A stretch of DNA of 60,161 nucleotides, counting the filler, from Dugesia japonica (Eukaryota), in NCBI GenBank assembly GCA_001938525.1. It is 5 parts of 5 records of this genome, joined end to end, with 100 filler letters (N's around TTAATTAATTAA, not from the genome) between each part and the next. Parts side by side here need not be neighbours in the genome. Positions count along the whole stretch, not along the records: positions 1 to 8,456 come from MQRL01600138.1; positions 8,557 to 27,642 come from MQRL01587153.1; 3 more parts are not named here. One strand, 5' to 3'. The position numbers and the translations under genes are program-made. Each line of letters starts with the position of its first letter. The stretch's first letter is position 1. Below the pieces are notes generated by a model. That model ran no database searches. It was not told the DNA's origin and saw only the letters and a list, made by a program, of their open reading frames with translations. This document shows, in pieces, positions 1 through 11,940 of the stretch.

Positions 1-436
1 AGGAATAGGTAAAACAAATTTTGAACTAAGCCTATTTGACAATGCAATTCATATAACTATTCGCCAGGACTTCGACAAATTAAGCCTGGCAAAATATCAA
101 TACGACGGTTGCGTAATTGATGACTTGCCGTTGCATCAATGGACCACAGAGGAGTTAATAAATTAATAAACTACGACACTTCGGTAAATTTCAAATATGG
201 AACGGGTATAATAACCGCCCAAACGAAGATTATTATGTTTCAATACAGTTTCAAAGAAAATTAATGAAAATTGGAACGAGGCCCAGAAATCTGCAATTAG
301 AAGAAGATGCCACTTCTATATTTTCGGAATTGAAAGATTGCTTTATGAAGATGCAACAAATGAAAATGATCGGAACGCAATAATATCAAAATTGGATTAT
401 TCAATGCAAGATCATTTCTCTCAAAATTTTATTTGA
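1..436 (+). pseudogene. rep: CRESS-DNA-virus-like Rep, SF3 helicase C-terminal half (two frameshifts; truncated by the window start)
   Basis: Manual translation from nt 2: GIGKTNFELSLFDNAIHITIRQDFDKLSLAKYQYDGCVIDDLPLHQW (Walker A GKT, Walker B VIDD). After a frameshift: NYDTSVNFKYGTGIITAQTKIIMF (motif B' KYG, motif C region). After a second shift: NTVSKKINENWNEAQKSAIRRRCHF (Arg finger), stop at ~436. Confidence 0.8.
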
Positions 437-1608
437 TTACAATTATGTTGATTATTATTATTATGTGAATGTATAACGGCCCTCATTAGGGCCACAATTA
501 TTGGTTGAAAAAATCTAATACATCGATTATTTTACTTTGATTGATAAAAATTAATAAATTTATTTAAATACATTTTAAGTTATATTTTCAATTGATGTAG
601 CTTAAAAATATTTATAAAAAGTCTGTCAACAAATATATGTAAAATTCCTGATAATTGTAATATACTTATTTAATGAAATGATTGTGACAATAATTGAAGA
701 GATTGTTATGAATGAAAATCGTTGAATATTGTTTTTAAAAAAATTGTTTGAATAATAATTAGTGAACATATTTTTATGGTTAATATTAAATTGATTCATT
801 TGTCTAGAATATATAATGTTCATAGTAGTTTCCAAAATATCAGGAAATACATGAATTTTGGAAATATAATTTAGTTATTTAGTTTTTATTAATAATAATA
901 TTTTTTGTATAAACAAATGAAATTTAAATAATAATAAAATTTTGTTTTATGTAATTAATAGATATAAATTTGAACCAGTTCTAGAAAAATCAATATCAAT
1001 CTTCAAAGAAATGTTATTGTGTTGAATTTTCGTTTCAGGATAGTTTTTCTATAATAATGACTATAACTATATTATTTTAAATCTAAAATATTATAATTCA
1101 AATATAATTTAATATTATTATATAGAAACTTTGACTTTGCTTTATTATATAGCATTATTTTAACTTTCTAATTAATGTTATTAGAAAGAAATAGTGTTTA
1201 TTTTTATTGTAATTTTTAATATGAAAGTAAATACTAAAATTTCAAACATTTAAACGATTCTAAAAGCAAATTCCTGAAAACTCAAAATCGATAAATTCAT
1301 AAAAAGTTTCATTTCTATCAATAAAATTTTTATTTATGCTTGTAAAATTAGTCAAACTATGATTCTAACTCCTCGATTGATATAATAACTGAGCCCAATT
1401 CGACGCTAATCGAAAATACTAAACTTTATATTACCGAACTTATGAACCGCTATTCTTATGAAACCACTACTGCAAGAAGGGAGAAGCTTGGTTGCATAAT
1501 CGGTTTCAGCAAAAAAAAATTTAATAGATAAAAAAAGCTTTATCAATCGAAAAAGTAATAAAAATTTAAAAACTTAAACATTTAAAATGTGTTCGAAAAG
1601 ATTTTTTG

Positions 1609-1760
1609 TTTGACCAATCAAATTCTAAACCAAAAATCTTTACTAACCATGTTTATTCAACCAATCAAATTCTACACCAAAAATTTTTCGAACCCCCCAC
1701 CACTTGGGGGAGGTGGTTTGATGTAGTGCGCCAGTATGTCCCTACTTATTATATATTAGT
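1609..1760. promoter_or_regulatory. GC hairpin plus duplicated CCAAT motif at the putative end of the Rep-bearing element
   Basis: ACCAATCAAATTCTA occurs twice (~1613 and ~1659). Stem-loop CCCCCA-ccact-TGGGGG at 1694-1710. Terminal-looking CTTATTATATATTAGT at ~1746-1760. Confidence 0.35.
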
Positions 1761-1769
1761 GTGTGCCGA

Positions 1770-1826
1770 TATATTGGCCGGGGCGCAAAATGTCCGTTGA
1801 GGGCCACGAGTTTGTCACCCTTTGTG
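1770..1826. mobile_element. hAT-like non-autonomous element end fragment
   Basis: GAGGGCCACGAGTTTGTCACCC resembles the common hAT/Charlie-type terminal consensus GGGCCGCGAGTTTGACACCCCTG. Confidence 0.35.
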
Positions 1827-3494
1827 TAGATTATCAGCTTTATAATAACAAAAACTAAACCCAAAAATTCAATTTTTTTTAAATTTACGGATAATTTTTT
1901 TTACAATAAAAATTATTGCGAGAATAATTGTCTGATTTAATCATTTATCGCATTTGAGATTTATTTAAATTATAATTTTCAATAAAAATTTAGTTTTTTT
2001 ATATTAAATATTAAAAAATCACGTTTTGATCAAAGCTCTTTATTTCATGAAATTTTTTTATCAATGATTAGAATAATAAAAAATATTTATTTTAATGTTT
2101 TCACCAATTAACCAGGATATTTTTAATAAATTTTATGTTATAAATACAAACTAATGAAAATCAATTTTAAATAAAATTAATTTCAATTGCTTTTATTTAG
2201 ATATTTGTAACCAGAATGAATTGAACAGTAATAAACATAGCTGAAATATTGAACAACTTATGAAAATAGAAGAACAGCAGTTTTCATCTTTTGTCCCTAA
2301 AATATTTAAAATAATTTTTTACTAAATATTTGGTTACTTTAAATTTTAAATTTAGTTAATGTTTTGAAAATTTTAAAAAATATATATAAAATTATTTTTT
2401 TGCGAATTCCATGGAAATAAGAACTTTTTTTAAAACCGTTTAAACCAGTTATGTAATAAACTGAAAAGGCCACTTACCTTGATTATAAGTCACTTACAGA
2501 CTATATTCTATATTACTTAATCCGATTTCATAATTGTGAACGTGTTTTGAAAAGCGAGTTGAAATTTTGTGTGATTGGTGATCATATTTTTAAAATCTTT
2601 TGTTCAAAAGAAAGATTTAAATTATTGATGAAAAATTTAAATAACAAATATTTGGTTTAATAATAACTTAAAATTTTTGAGTAAACGGAAATTTGTATAA
2701 TTAAATAAATAAAATGTTTTTAAATAATAAAATTAAATTAATTTTAAATATAAGTTTCGATTTTAATGGTAACGTAAAACTTTTAAACGTTAACGAAAAT
2801 TTTGTCTTAAATTTTAAATAAATAAATAAAAGGTTTTATATTAATTTTAAATAAATAAAAGTTTCGTTTTAAAATTTAAAAAATTGATCATCAATGAAAC
2901 CACGGGAATTTAATTTGTTTGAATAAACAAATAGTGTTAAGCATAGTTTTTGTTTGAATGAATTTTGTAATGAATTCGAGTTCTGATATTAATGATCAGA
3001 TGAGTTTTCCAAACTCATCTAACAATAATAATTACGTAAAACTTATTCCTTAATAAAAAGCTTGGAACATTTAATCTTCTTATGTAATACTATGATGAGT
3101 GATCTACATACACTTAATTAATATTTTCAAAATCATTTTTTGAAGAAATGTTAAAAGATAATAATAAATAATTTTAATTACAAAATTTTAATATATTATA
3201 ATAATTTAAATATACTGTACAAAATTTAAAAATTTCATATGATCTTCGCTTTTTCTTGAATTGTTTATAAGGTGTAAATGTTCAAACTTAAGTTTATATT
3301 CCAGCTGGTTACATTAAAATCTCATCTAAAATGTATGACAAGTGATAATAATAATAAAATTTATTAAATATAACAAGTTTGAATAAACAAACAGATACAT
3401 ACATGATATAATCTAAATTTGTTGAATAAATTATTGAATAGTTCAATAGTAAAATAGTCAAAATAAAATTTACAAAAATTAATTTTACTTTCAG

Positions 3495-4070
3495 AATATC
3501 TTTGTTAAAAAGTATTGATGACATAAATAATCAAATGAAACAAGCTAATGAGAAATTTTCATTATTTGTAAATTACGTTAAAAGACGAATTGAAAATTGC
3601 AAAATTAATCTTCAAATAGACAATATATTTGATAGAATATTCAAAATAATAGATGATTATGATGGAGCATGCTATAAAATAGATGCATCACAAATGATCT
3701 CCAAAATTGAAAAGATTATCCAGAAAAAAGTAAATAAATGTATGGAAAACCATATAAAAAATATGTGTATTGATCCCATCAATCAAAGAATATTAGAAAT
3801 TAATAACGATGATCCGACTGGGATAGCAATGAATAATAATATGGATTATAATATATCACAAGATCGGGTAATCATACCAAATTATGAGAATATTCAAGTA
3901 ATTTTTTTTACTAATATATATTTTATAACTAAATATTCTAGAATATATTTTGGTGGTTCGAATACGGGGACAAAACTATTAAAGTAAAAGAAACATATTC
4001 TGAATTTTTAAAATCTAAAGTCATTAAAAAACAAATCAAAGATACAGTAAAGAATATGTATAAAGAGGAG
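3495..4070 (+). CDS. Two exons of an uncharacterised helical protein gene (3495-3897 and 3942-4070; 44-nt intron)
   Basis: Acceptor ttttactttcag at 3494. ORF ...NYENIQ|gtaatt, then a 44-nt GT-AG intron. The phase-0 join stays open: NIFWWFEYGDKTIKVKETYSEFLKSKVIKKQIKDTVKNMYKEE|gtgaat. No family recognised. Confidence 0.55.
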
Positions 4071-5299
4071 GTGAATAATTTAAAATAATTATTATTTGGT
4101 TGTAAACATGGTTTTAAATCACATTTTAAATTTAATTATATACTGTTAAGATGTGAAACAATGAAACTTATCGGTGTTTAAAATAAACGATTTCATGTTA
4201 AATTGATATATTCAGAGAAATACGTTTAAATTTACATAGCAGAGCCGGAGCTAAATTTTCCGGGGCCAGGTTAAACAATATTTTGATAGGACTTATGTAG
4301 GAAAAAACACTTAACTTTTAAAAAATTGTATTATTCAAAGTACATAGATAGTAGCACTCAAACTTATCCACCAAAGCGAGAAATAATTTTTTAGACAGAA
4401 TTTTTTTTCATATAAATTTAGATGAAAATTTAATAACTTATTTTATTTTGGGGAATTTAGAATTTTTCCAACACTTACAAGTATATAGATAGTAGCGCAC
4501 TGGACCACTATTAGTTATTGAGACCCCCCTAGCGAAAACTCGAAGTGATTTATGAAAAGTGATGTACAAGTTATCGTGGATTTAGGGCTGATCAGAATTT
4601 TGATCAGATCATTTTTTTAATAATTTTTTAATTTTTTTTATTTGATATTTGATATTATGGGGGTGGGAGGAATTTTAATTTTGAAAATTTGTTTGTTTGG
4701 AATGTTGTGGCGGTGAATTAGAATTTGGTTTGGTGGATATGGTGTGTATGTGTAAAAGTAAAAGTGGATACAAGAACGTATCAGGTAGGATGCATGGTTC
4801 TCTCTAAATGTGCGGTAGCGCACTAGATAAGCTGATGAGTTATCGTGAGCCTATTTTTTGAAGGGCTATTGGTTTGTTGGTTTTTGTTAGATTTCGGTAT
4901 GTAATGGTTTGTTGTTTTACGCAATTGTCACGACCAATCTAAATCCTTCAATTCTCGATCACTCAAATTGCTAGATCACTTCGTTTACTGGTAGAGGTTA
5001 TCCATTGTTGACGTATTCATCTACTTATACAATATATTTTCATTTAGAAACATCATAAAAGAAAATGTAAAAGAAAGTTTATGTTGTAAATAAGATTCCA
5101 GCTTATACACAAGTATTGAAAAATATAACGTTTGTATTAAATGCATTTTTCTGAATTTTATATGGTTACGAAAAAATAGAAAAAAATCATAAAAATTTTT
5201 TAAAATATTAGAAAACCTAAATAAATTACAACATGAATACAATTGAAATTTCAATATTAAACTCCATTAAGCCGATAAAACATATTAAATAGTAGACAC

Positions 5300-5535
5300 C
5301 TTATAGACTCATAAATCCATTCACTATTAAACCCATACACTCTTAAACCTTTGCACTAAGCTCCTACACTATAAATCCATACACTCCTAAATCTTATACA
5401 CTCCTAAACACATTTACTCATACTCTAAACCCATACACTCTAAGCCTCACACACTCTTAAACCAATTCACTCCTAAACTCTATACACTCTAAACCATATA
5501 TACTACTAAACAAGTACAATCTTAACTCATACAGT
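5300..5535. repeat. Degenerate minisatellite, ~17-19 bp unit (CTC[C/T]TAAACCCATACA-like)
   Basis: About a dozen diverged tandem units, e.g. ctcctaaatcttataca, ctctaaacccataca, ctcctaaactctataca. Confidence 0.75.
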
Positions 5536-6589
5536 TCAGGACAATGAGAGATTTGATTTATGCAACTAATCAGGGGAAAATGACAACAGATTAGACAGAT
5601 CTTTTACCGGAAATAAAAACTGTTAATCTCAAAATACCATTACAAAATATACTTGAAACTCATTTTGACAAAACAAATTCTGCATGCATGCAACACACCA
5701 ACATTTCACCCCATAGTTACTTTTGGCAATCTATACACCGATTTTGATGGCCTACGCAAATCTAACATTGAAACCCGAAAATCATCAACCAACACCCTTT
5801 CTATCGCGATTTTTATTTTTAAAATATTTACTTACACACATACACTATCACCCAGAAAATACGAAAAACCTTTACACCAGAACCTGTTCCTTACTCTCCC
5901 TCTTTCATTCACCAAAATTCAACCAAATCAATCAAATCCTCGCAAAACTAAACTTTTAAAACCCAAAAGCGATTACTCCTCACTGTAACCAACAACAATA
6001 TTTTTTTAAATAGTTATTTATGACATTCTATACAGATTTGCGAGACCTATTCAAATACATCATTGAAACCTAAAGAATAAAAAAATATAAAAAAAGGAGA
6101 GAAAAAAGAAAGAAGAAAGAAAAAATTTCAATTTCTTACCAAAAATATTTTTTGTAATTTCCCGTAACAAATACCTATACACTTTTAAACCCATAAGCTT
6201 AAAAACTCCATAATTAGATAAAATTGCATAGTAGTCACAAATTATTTTATAAAATTGTATAGAAGTATTAAAACATTTTATAAAATTGCATGGAAGTATT
6301 TTTAGCCTTTTTGGCTGCTACGTAGGCCTCCTAATTTTTTTTCCTAAGCAATAGAAGTTCCATGCCATTTTGGTCTTTTCACTGGTGTCCGAGTTGTTCT
6401 GAGCAACTGATCGAGGGTGAGATGGATTCACTAAAAGATAACAACATTAAATACGGCTAAGCTATGATTAAATATTTAAATCGACCAAATTAACTCGATT
6501 AAAAGAAGAAAATAAGGTTAACTCAAATTAACACTATTTTATTTATTATTCATAAGCTAATAGTTTTTGAAGTAATCATCACAAGATGA

Positions 6590-7080
6590 ATCCGGCAATG
6601 TGGGTGAGTAAGGGATTATCACTACACGCTGGCCACAGTCCGGCCAGTGTTGATATAACAAGCGCTCATCTTAATTATGATAAGAGCATATTCGAACGAT
6701 CTACCAAAATAGCCGCAAATATATTGCGAAGAATTTGTTGAGTCAAATACAGAAAATAGTTCATAGTTGTGAAATTTGTCAGAAGATCGAAGTAGTGACA
6801 ACTGCAACTAGAGATAAGACAAAGAGATTAGAAGCTATCAATTTTTTTCAAGTCATATTCACATATATATGTGGGCAAATGCGGGACAAAAAAAATACAT
6901 TCTTGGAATAATTGACCCGTATAGTTAGTATCTAGTTATTATACCATTGCTTATACAATAAGAGGAAACTATAGGTAAAGCTTTTTTTGAAAAGTTGATA
7001 ATGAGATTTAGATGTTCAAGAGAAATAAGATCTATTGTGAAAAATCTTTTGAATCTAGAGTTATGAGAGAGGTTAAACTG
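6590..7080 (+). mobile_element. Ty3/Gypsy integrase remnant
   Basis: KKYILGIIDPYS-like segment matches the integrase core of the element at 32265-36860 (KKYILGMIDQ). Many stops. Confidence 0.6.
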
Positions 7081-8500
7081 AAGTTAAACTGAATTTCTCG
7101 CCAAAAAAAATAATTTTCAATTTCATGCCAAAATTTTTTGAAAATCCTACCAAAAAATATTAAGACTCCCCTCTTCCCCGTTCGAAAAATATGAAAATCC
7201 CTCCTTCATAGTCAAAAAATAATCAAAAATACATCATTTTTACAAAAATAAAATTACCTTCATCAAATTCATCAATTTAAGCAAAATACAACATTTTTAA
7301 CAAAAATAAAGATTTCAAAAAATGAATTCGTCACAACCACTCGTCAGAGAAATTTCAAATAAATATCAGAATATTTGATAATTAATTGTCTTTACACACA
7401 TATTTATTTATATAATTACAATATTTAAAAAAAATAATCTTCTGTCAAATTATGATCATCATTTGATGTCAAATTGAAATGTTTTCTTTTTTCGTTAGAA
7501 AGATGTTTTGAACTCTGCATTAACATCCAACCCTGTATTTTAGGGTTTTGTAAGCAAAATGCCTGAGAAATTTGTTATTTATATATTGATTGGCTTTTCA
7601 TTATCTGAGCACAATTTTTATAGATCAAAATGTTGTTTATATTGTTTTGTTCTTTTAAGTAATTCGCATTTTTCCAGTTTTAATTTCAAGGAATTTCATT
7701 TTTGATTTATTCAAGCTGTAGAAAAATTCTTGAATTTATTTTATTTAATTGAAATTTATTGGTTAGTTTATTTTAATTATTATAATTTACATTGATTTTA
7801 GGTTTATCTTCTTTTTATTGTAATTCTTCATGTTTGTTCTTGTGAAGTGGGGACATGTAGAATTTTGTTAAAGTTTTCGATGTAGTAAAAGTTTAAGGGT
7901 TTTTTTTTGTTGAAGTTTTTTAAAGACTACCTTTTTCGGCTTGATATGTACTTTGATTATAATTAGAATGGTTATGCATGTTTTGCCATAAATTTCATTT
8001 CTTTATTTATTTTCTTCTCTCAGTTCTAATTCTTTCGCCTTTGATTATACCAGTTTTCTGTCTGATAGTAGTATTATTAATCCAATATTTTTAAATTATT
8101 TTAAAAATAATTAATTAAATACAGAACGTTTTNNNNNNNNNNNNNNNNNNNNNNNNNNNNNNNNNNNNNNNNNNGAGTGCACTAAAATGAAATATCGGAA
8201 AAAAGAACAGCAATTGAATGAGACATTAAGAAGATTGGATTATGAACTAGACATATTAGAGAAATATGAGTTAACAATATTTGTAAAATAATTGTAAACT
8301 AATTTTTATTCTAGAAAAGAAATAATTGAAAATGAGAACCAATTCAGTTCATCTTTTATGTAGCGCAAAATAAAAATTCAGAATTCAATGAAAAATGAAC
8401 AACATTATAACTTATATATTAAATACATTAAATGAAATACATTTATAAATAATTTANNNNNNNNNNNNNNNNNNNNNNNNNNNNNNNNNNNNNNNNNNNN

Positions 8501-8512
8501 TTAATTAATTAA
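8501..8512. other. Artificial contig linker TTAATTAATTAA between N runs (also 27687-27698, 36982-36993, 51053-51064)
   Basis: Identical six-frame-stop 12-mer flanked by N blocks four times. Confidence 0.9.
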
Positions 8513-9009
8513 NNNNNNNNNNNNNNNNNNNNNNNNNNNNNNNNNNNNNNNNNNNNTCGTGCGTTAATCGATATTCCAGAGAAGAAAATGAACTTACCTG
8601 GCATTAATTATAATAATTATTAACCCTTTGTACTTCTAAATTATTTATTTATTTTTATCAATATTTTTAAATAATTAACGAAATTGTCAAAAAAGAGAAT
8701 ATATTGAACAATTTAGAATAAGTTTTGATATGTTCAACACCAAATCGAAACAAAAAATACCATCGCTAAGCTATAATCTAGAAGAATTGTAAGGGTTCAT
8801 CAAATGTTACAATTATCTATTCACATTAAATTAACGATCATTATAAACTCTAAGCTAGAAGTTTCAAATCTCTCACTGCTTCTGATTTTTTACTTGGCAA
8901 AAATTAGAAATTTCATAAATGTAAATATAAATAAAATATATTTATAAATATAAATTAAATATATAAATAAATAAAAATATAAATGTACATACAAATTAAA
9001 ATANACTAC

Positions 9010-9122
9010 CTGTTATGAATATCAGCACAAATAAAATAATCGTTAACCAGACCATTATTTTTACGAAGAATCGAAGAAGAGCAAGGTATATCAAAGATAA
9101 CACTAAAGCGCATACAAAGCTT
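9010..9122 (-). other. Duplicate of the SLC44 exon 9276-9388, probably an assembly overlap artefact
   Basis: 8934-9148 is essentially identical to 9199-9414, separated only by an N gap. Confidence 0.75.
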
Positions 9123-9275
9123 CTAAAAAAATTATAAACAATTTAGTTNNNNNNNNNNNNNNNNNNNNNNNNNNNNNNNNNNNNNNNNNNNNNNNNNNAA
9201 AATATATTTATAAATATAAATTAAATATATAAATAAATAAAAATATAAATGTACATACAAATTAAAATATACTAC

Positions 9276-9388
9276 CTGTTATGAATATCAGCACAAATAA
9301 AATAATCGTTAACCAGACCATTATTTTTACGAAGAATCGAAGAAGAGCAAGGTATATCAAAGATAACACTAAAGCGCATACAAAGCTT
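9276..9388 (-). CDS. SLC44A: Choline transporter-like protein (SLC44/CTL), TM2-TM3 exon
   Basis: AG/GT-bounded 113-nt exon: (L)SFVCALVLSLIYLALLRFFVKIMVWLTIILFVLIFIT(G). The LLRF...MVW motif is typical of CTL proteins. Phase matches the upstream exon. Confidence 0.88.
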
Positions 9389-10915
9389 CTAAAAAAATTA
9401 TAAACAATTTAGTTAACATTAATGTAATAAATGAAATCGATAATAATATAATTAAAATTATTCCTAGTGTTAAAACTATTCCTAGGTTGAAATATTGAAC
9501 AATTATGAAAATAGAGGAACACAATTACATTTTTCGATTTTGAAAAATTCTATTTGATAAATACAGATCAATGGTTAACAAGTGAAAACATAAATAATTA
9601 AATCAATATAAAAATGTTTTTAAATTCTTCCGACATAGTATCAATTTTATTTTTTGATGAGCATGATTCCAAGTTACAAAGAGAAGATATTACAAGAGAT
9701 CAAAAAAGGGGAAAGCAATTGAAATAACAACCGGAAGTAAGCCCAGAAACGAAACGGTTATGGTTTGTATATGGAAAGGTGGATTAATTCATTACAAAAC
9801 ATAAATAATTAAATCAATATAAAAAGGTTTTTAAATTCTTGACTTTAAATCTATATTTTCAAATTTTGGAAAAAAATTTATTTTGGAAATTAACATGAAT
9901 TATTTTTTTAAATATTTAGGAATTTAAATTTATGCTCCTAAATATTAATTAAATTAAATTTTGAAGGAGGATTAAAATGTGAAGTAGTAATAATACAAAT
10001 CAATCTTCAAAAGACAGCTAATAGTGGGTAGCCAATTTCAATACAGAAATATAATAAAATAGTTTAGAATCTATTTCCAAGGATCAAATTATAGTAATGA
10101 ATAAAATTTTAACGAAAAATTGTATTGAAAATTTTGCGTTAACTANNNNNNNNTAATAATAATAATGAATATAGATGTAAAACATTTTAAGATCACAATG
10201 ATTTCAGCAGGTGTGAAAAATCAAATTACGAAACGAAAAACAGATTGCGTGTGATGTAAATCTAATATAATGGTATAAGCAATATTTTTGAGATTTTAAC
10301 TTTTTTTTCTGAAGAATTTAAAATTAAATTAATTAAAAGTAATTTGAATTTAAAATATTAAAAATTAATTAAATTTAAAACAATTAAAAATATTATAATT
10401 ACAATTATTGTGAGAATAATTGTTGGACAATTAACGATTGATCGCATTTGATATTTCATTAAAATAAGAAAAAGCTTCTATCAAAATAAAAAAATTTTTA
10501 CAAATAAATTTTATTTTGATCGAAGCTTTTTCTTATTTTAATGAAATTTAAAAATAATTTATTTTGAAAAATATTTAAAAATAAACGAGTAAAAATTTTT
10601 AAAATGAAATTAAAAAATAAAAAAATTAATGAAAGTTAAAAAATGAAAATTTTTATTTCAAATTTATTCAGATTAAAGTTGAATCTCAAATTTTTTAGTT
10701 TATTTAATTTGTTTAAAAAATATTCATTTCTTTATCTTAAATTTTTAATAAACATTACATGGATTCAAAAACTCTTTAAAATTCAACGGTCAGCATCTTA
10801 GAGTCTCCTAACAATGTTAATGTAAACATTTAGTTTATTCCCTGACTTAAAACCAGTTGAAAACTCATATAATAAATAAAATTAATTAAATTATATAATT
10901 TCAAAAGATACTTAC

Positions 10916-10999
10916 AAAATGATAAATTTGTATGATTTTTCGATATCAGAGAGAAGTTTAGCTCCAACTTCAGCTACACTAAATAGCTTATTGTACTTT
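10916..10999 (-). CDS. SLC44A: SLC44/CTL exon
   Basis: tttcag|...|gtaagt, 84 nt, phase 2/2: (E)KYNKLFSVAEVGAKLLSDIEKSYKFII(L). Corresponds to the CTL 'KIFEDxxxSWxxI' segment. Confidence 0.85.
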
Positions 11000-11239
11000 C
11001 TGAAATTAATAATATCAAAATTTGTCATTTTCCAATCAAATATTCAATGAAGAGACCATCAAAACAAATTCAAATTATAAAGTTTTTAGTTTAATTTAAT
11101 TTTTTTTAATTGATGAATATTTTTTTAAATTAATGAATATTTTCATAATATAAATACACTGATTATTAAACAAATATAACACGAATCAAGTATATCTTGA
11201 GATACGGACATAAATTAAACAAAATAAAAACAATTTTTT

Positions 11240-11800
11240 TCTTCAAATACATTTACACCTCATAACCGTTTTATGGTGTTATTGGTAACATGCCTTTCAT
11301 AGTTTTCTCATTGTTCAGTTGTTAAAACGGTGTTAAAAGTATTAATTATTTGAAAAATTCTTCGTTGTTACTCGGTTTTTGAGACCTCACAATGCTTTTC
11401 CATTGGGAAAACATAAAATCAATTGAATTAAACACGGGCTATATGGTNGTAATACCATGTCCTTTTGATTCAACGAAACGGGAAATTTCATTGCATATGA
11501 AAGGTAAATGAAACGTTATCCATAACAATAATCACATTGGCTAAATTATTTGTGATCAAAATCTCACATATTTCCACCAAAAATTCTAATCAAGGTTCCC
11601 AGGTGCATTCAATGTTTTGCAATGAATTAATCCACATTTCCACATACAAACCGTAACCATTTCTGGACTTACTTCCGGGTGTTATTTCAATTGCTTTCCC
11701 CTTTTTGTGATCTCTCGTAATATCTTCTCTTTGTAACTTGGAATCATGCTCATCATAAAACAAAATTGATACTATGTCGGAAGAATCCATGAAAATTTTA
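11240..11800 (-). mobile_element. IS630/Tc1-like (DDE) transposase remnant
   Basis: Broken translation includes VTVCMWKCGLIHCKTL, the DNVSF motif, ISRFVESKGH and NSIDFMFSQWKSIVR (the LPPYSPxLNPIE region). Confidence 0.65.
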
Positions 11801-11940
11801 ACCAACAAGTTAATATGTTATGAAAATATCAATCAATTAAAAATAAATTAATTTAAACTAAAATTTCTATAACTTTTGTATGAATTATAAAGTTGCATAA
11901 ATAAATCGACGAAACCATTTAAACAAGAAATCAATAAGTT

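Noticed and set aside
1421-1435. TATATTAC as a CRESS nonanucleotide origin
   Set aside because: It does not fit NANTATTAC and has no flanking stem.
5300-5535. CRISPR-like array
   Set aside because: Contiguous degenerate units with no unique spacers, in a eukaryotic context.
7440-8120. Possible Polinton pPolB N-terminal relic on the minus strand (QGW motif)
   Set aside because: Too decayed; a single weak motif.
8501-8512. Recurring TTAATTAATTAA palindrome
   Set aside because: Always between N runs; an artificial six-frame-stop scaffold linker. Adjacency across these points is unreliable.
8599-8636. Candidate next SLC44 exon (AG...GTAAG on the minus strand)
   Set aside because: The translation (EVQRVNNYYIINA) does not resemble the expected CTL segment after TM3.
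8934-9414. Tandem exon duplication in SLC44 (possible mutually exclusive exons)
   Set aside because: The copies are identical, including intron sequence, and separated by an N gap: an unmerged contig overlap. The same pattern occurs at 39531-39580/39631-39680.
10018-10055. ELM2-like IVGSQFQ motif
   Set aside because: Seven residues surrounded by stops; no supporting exon structure.
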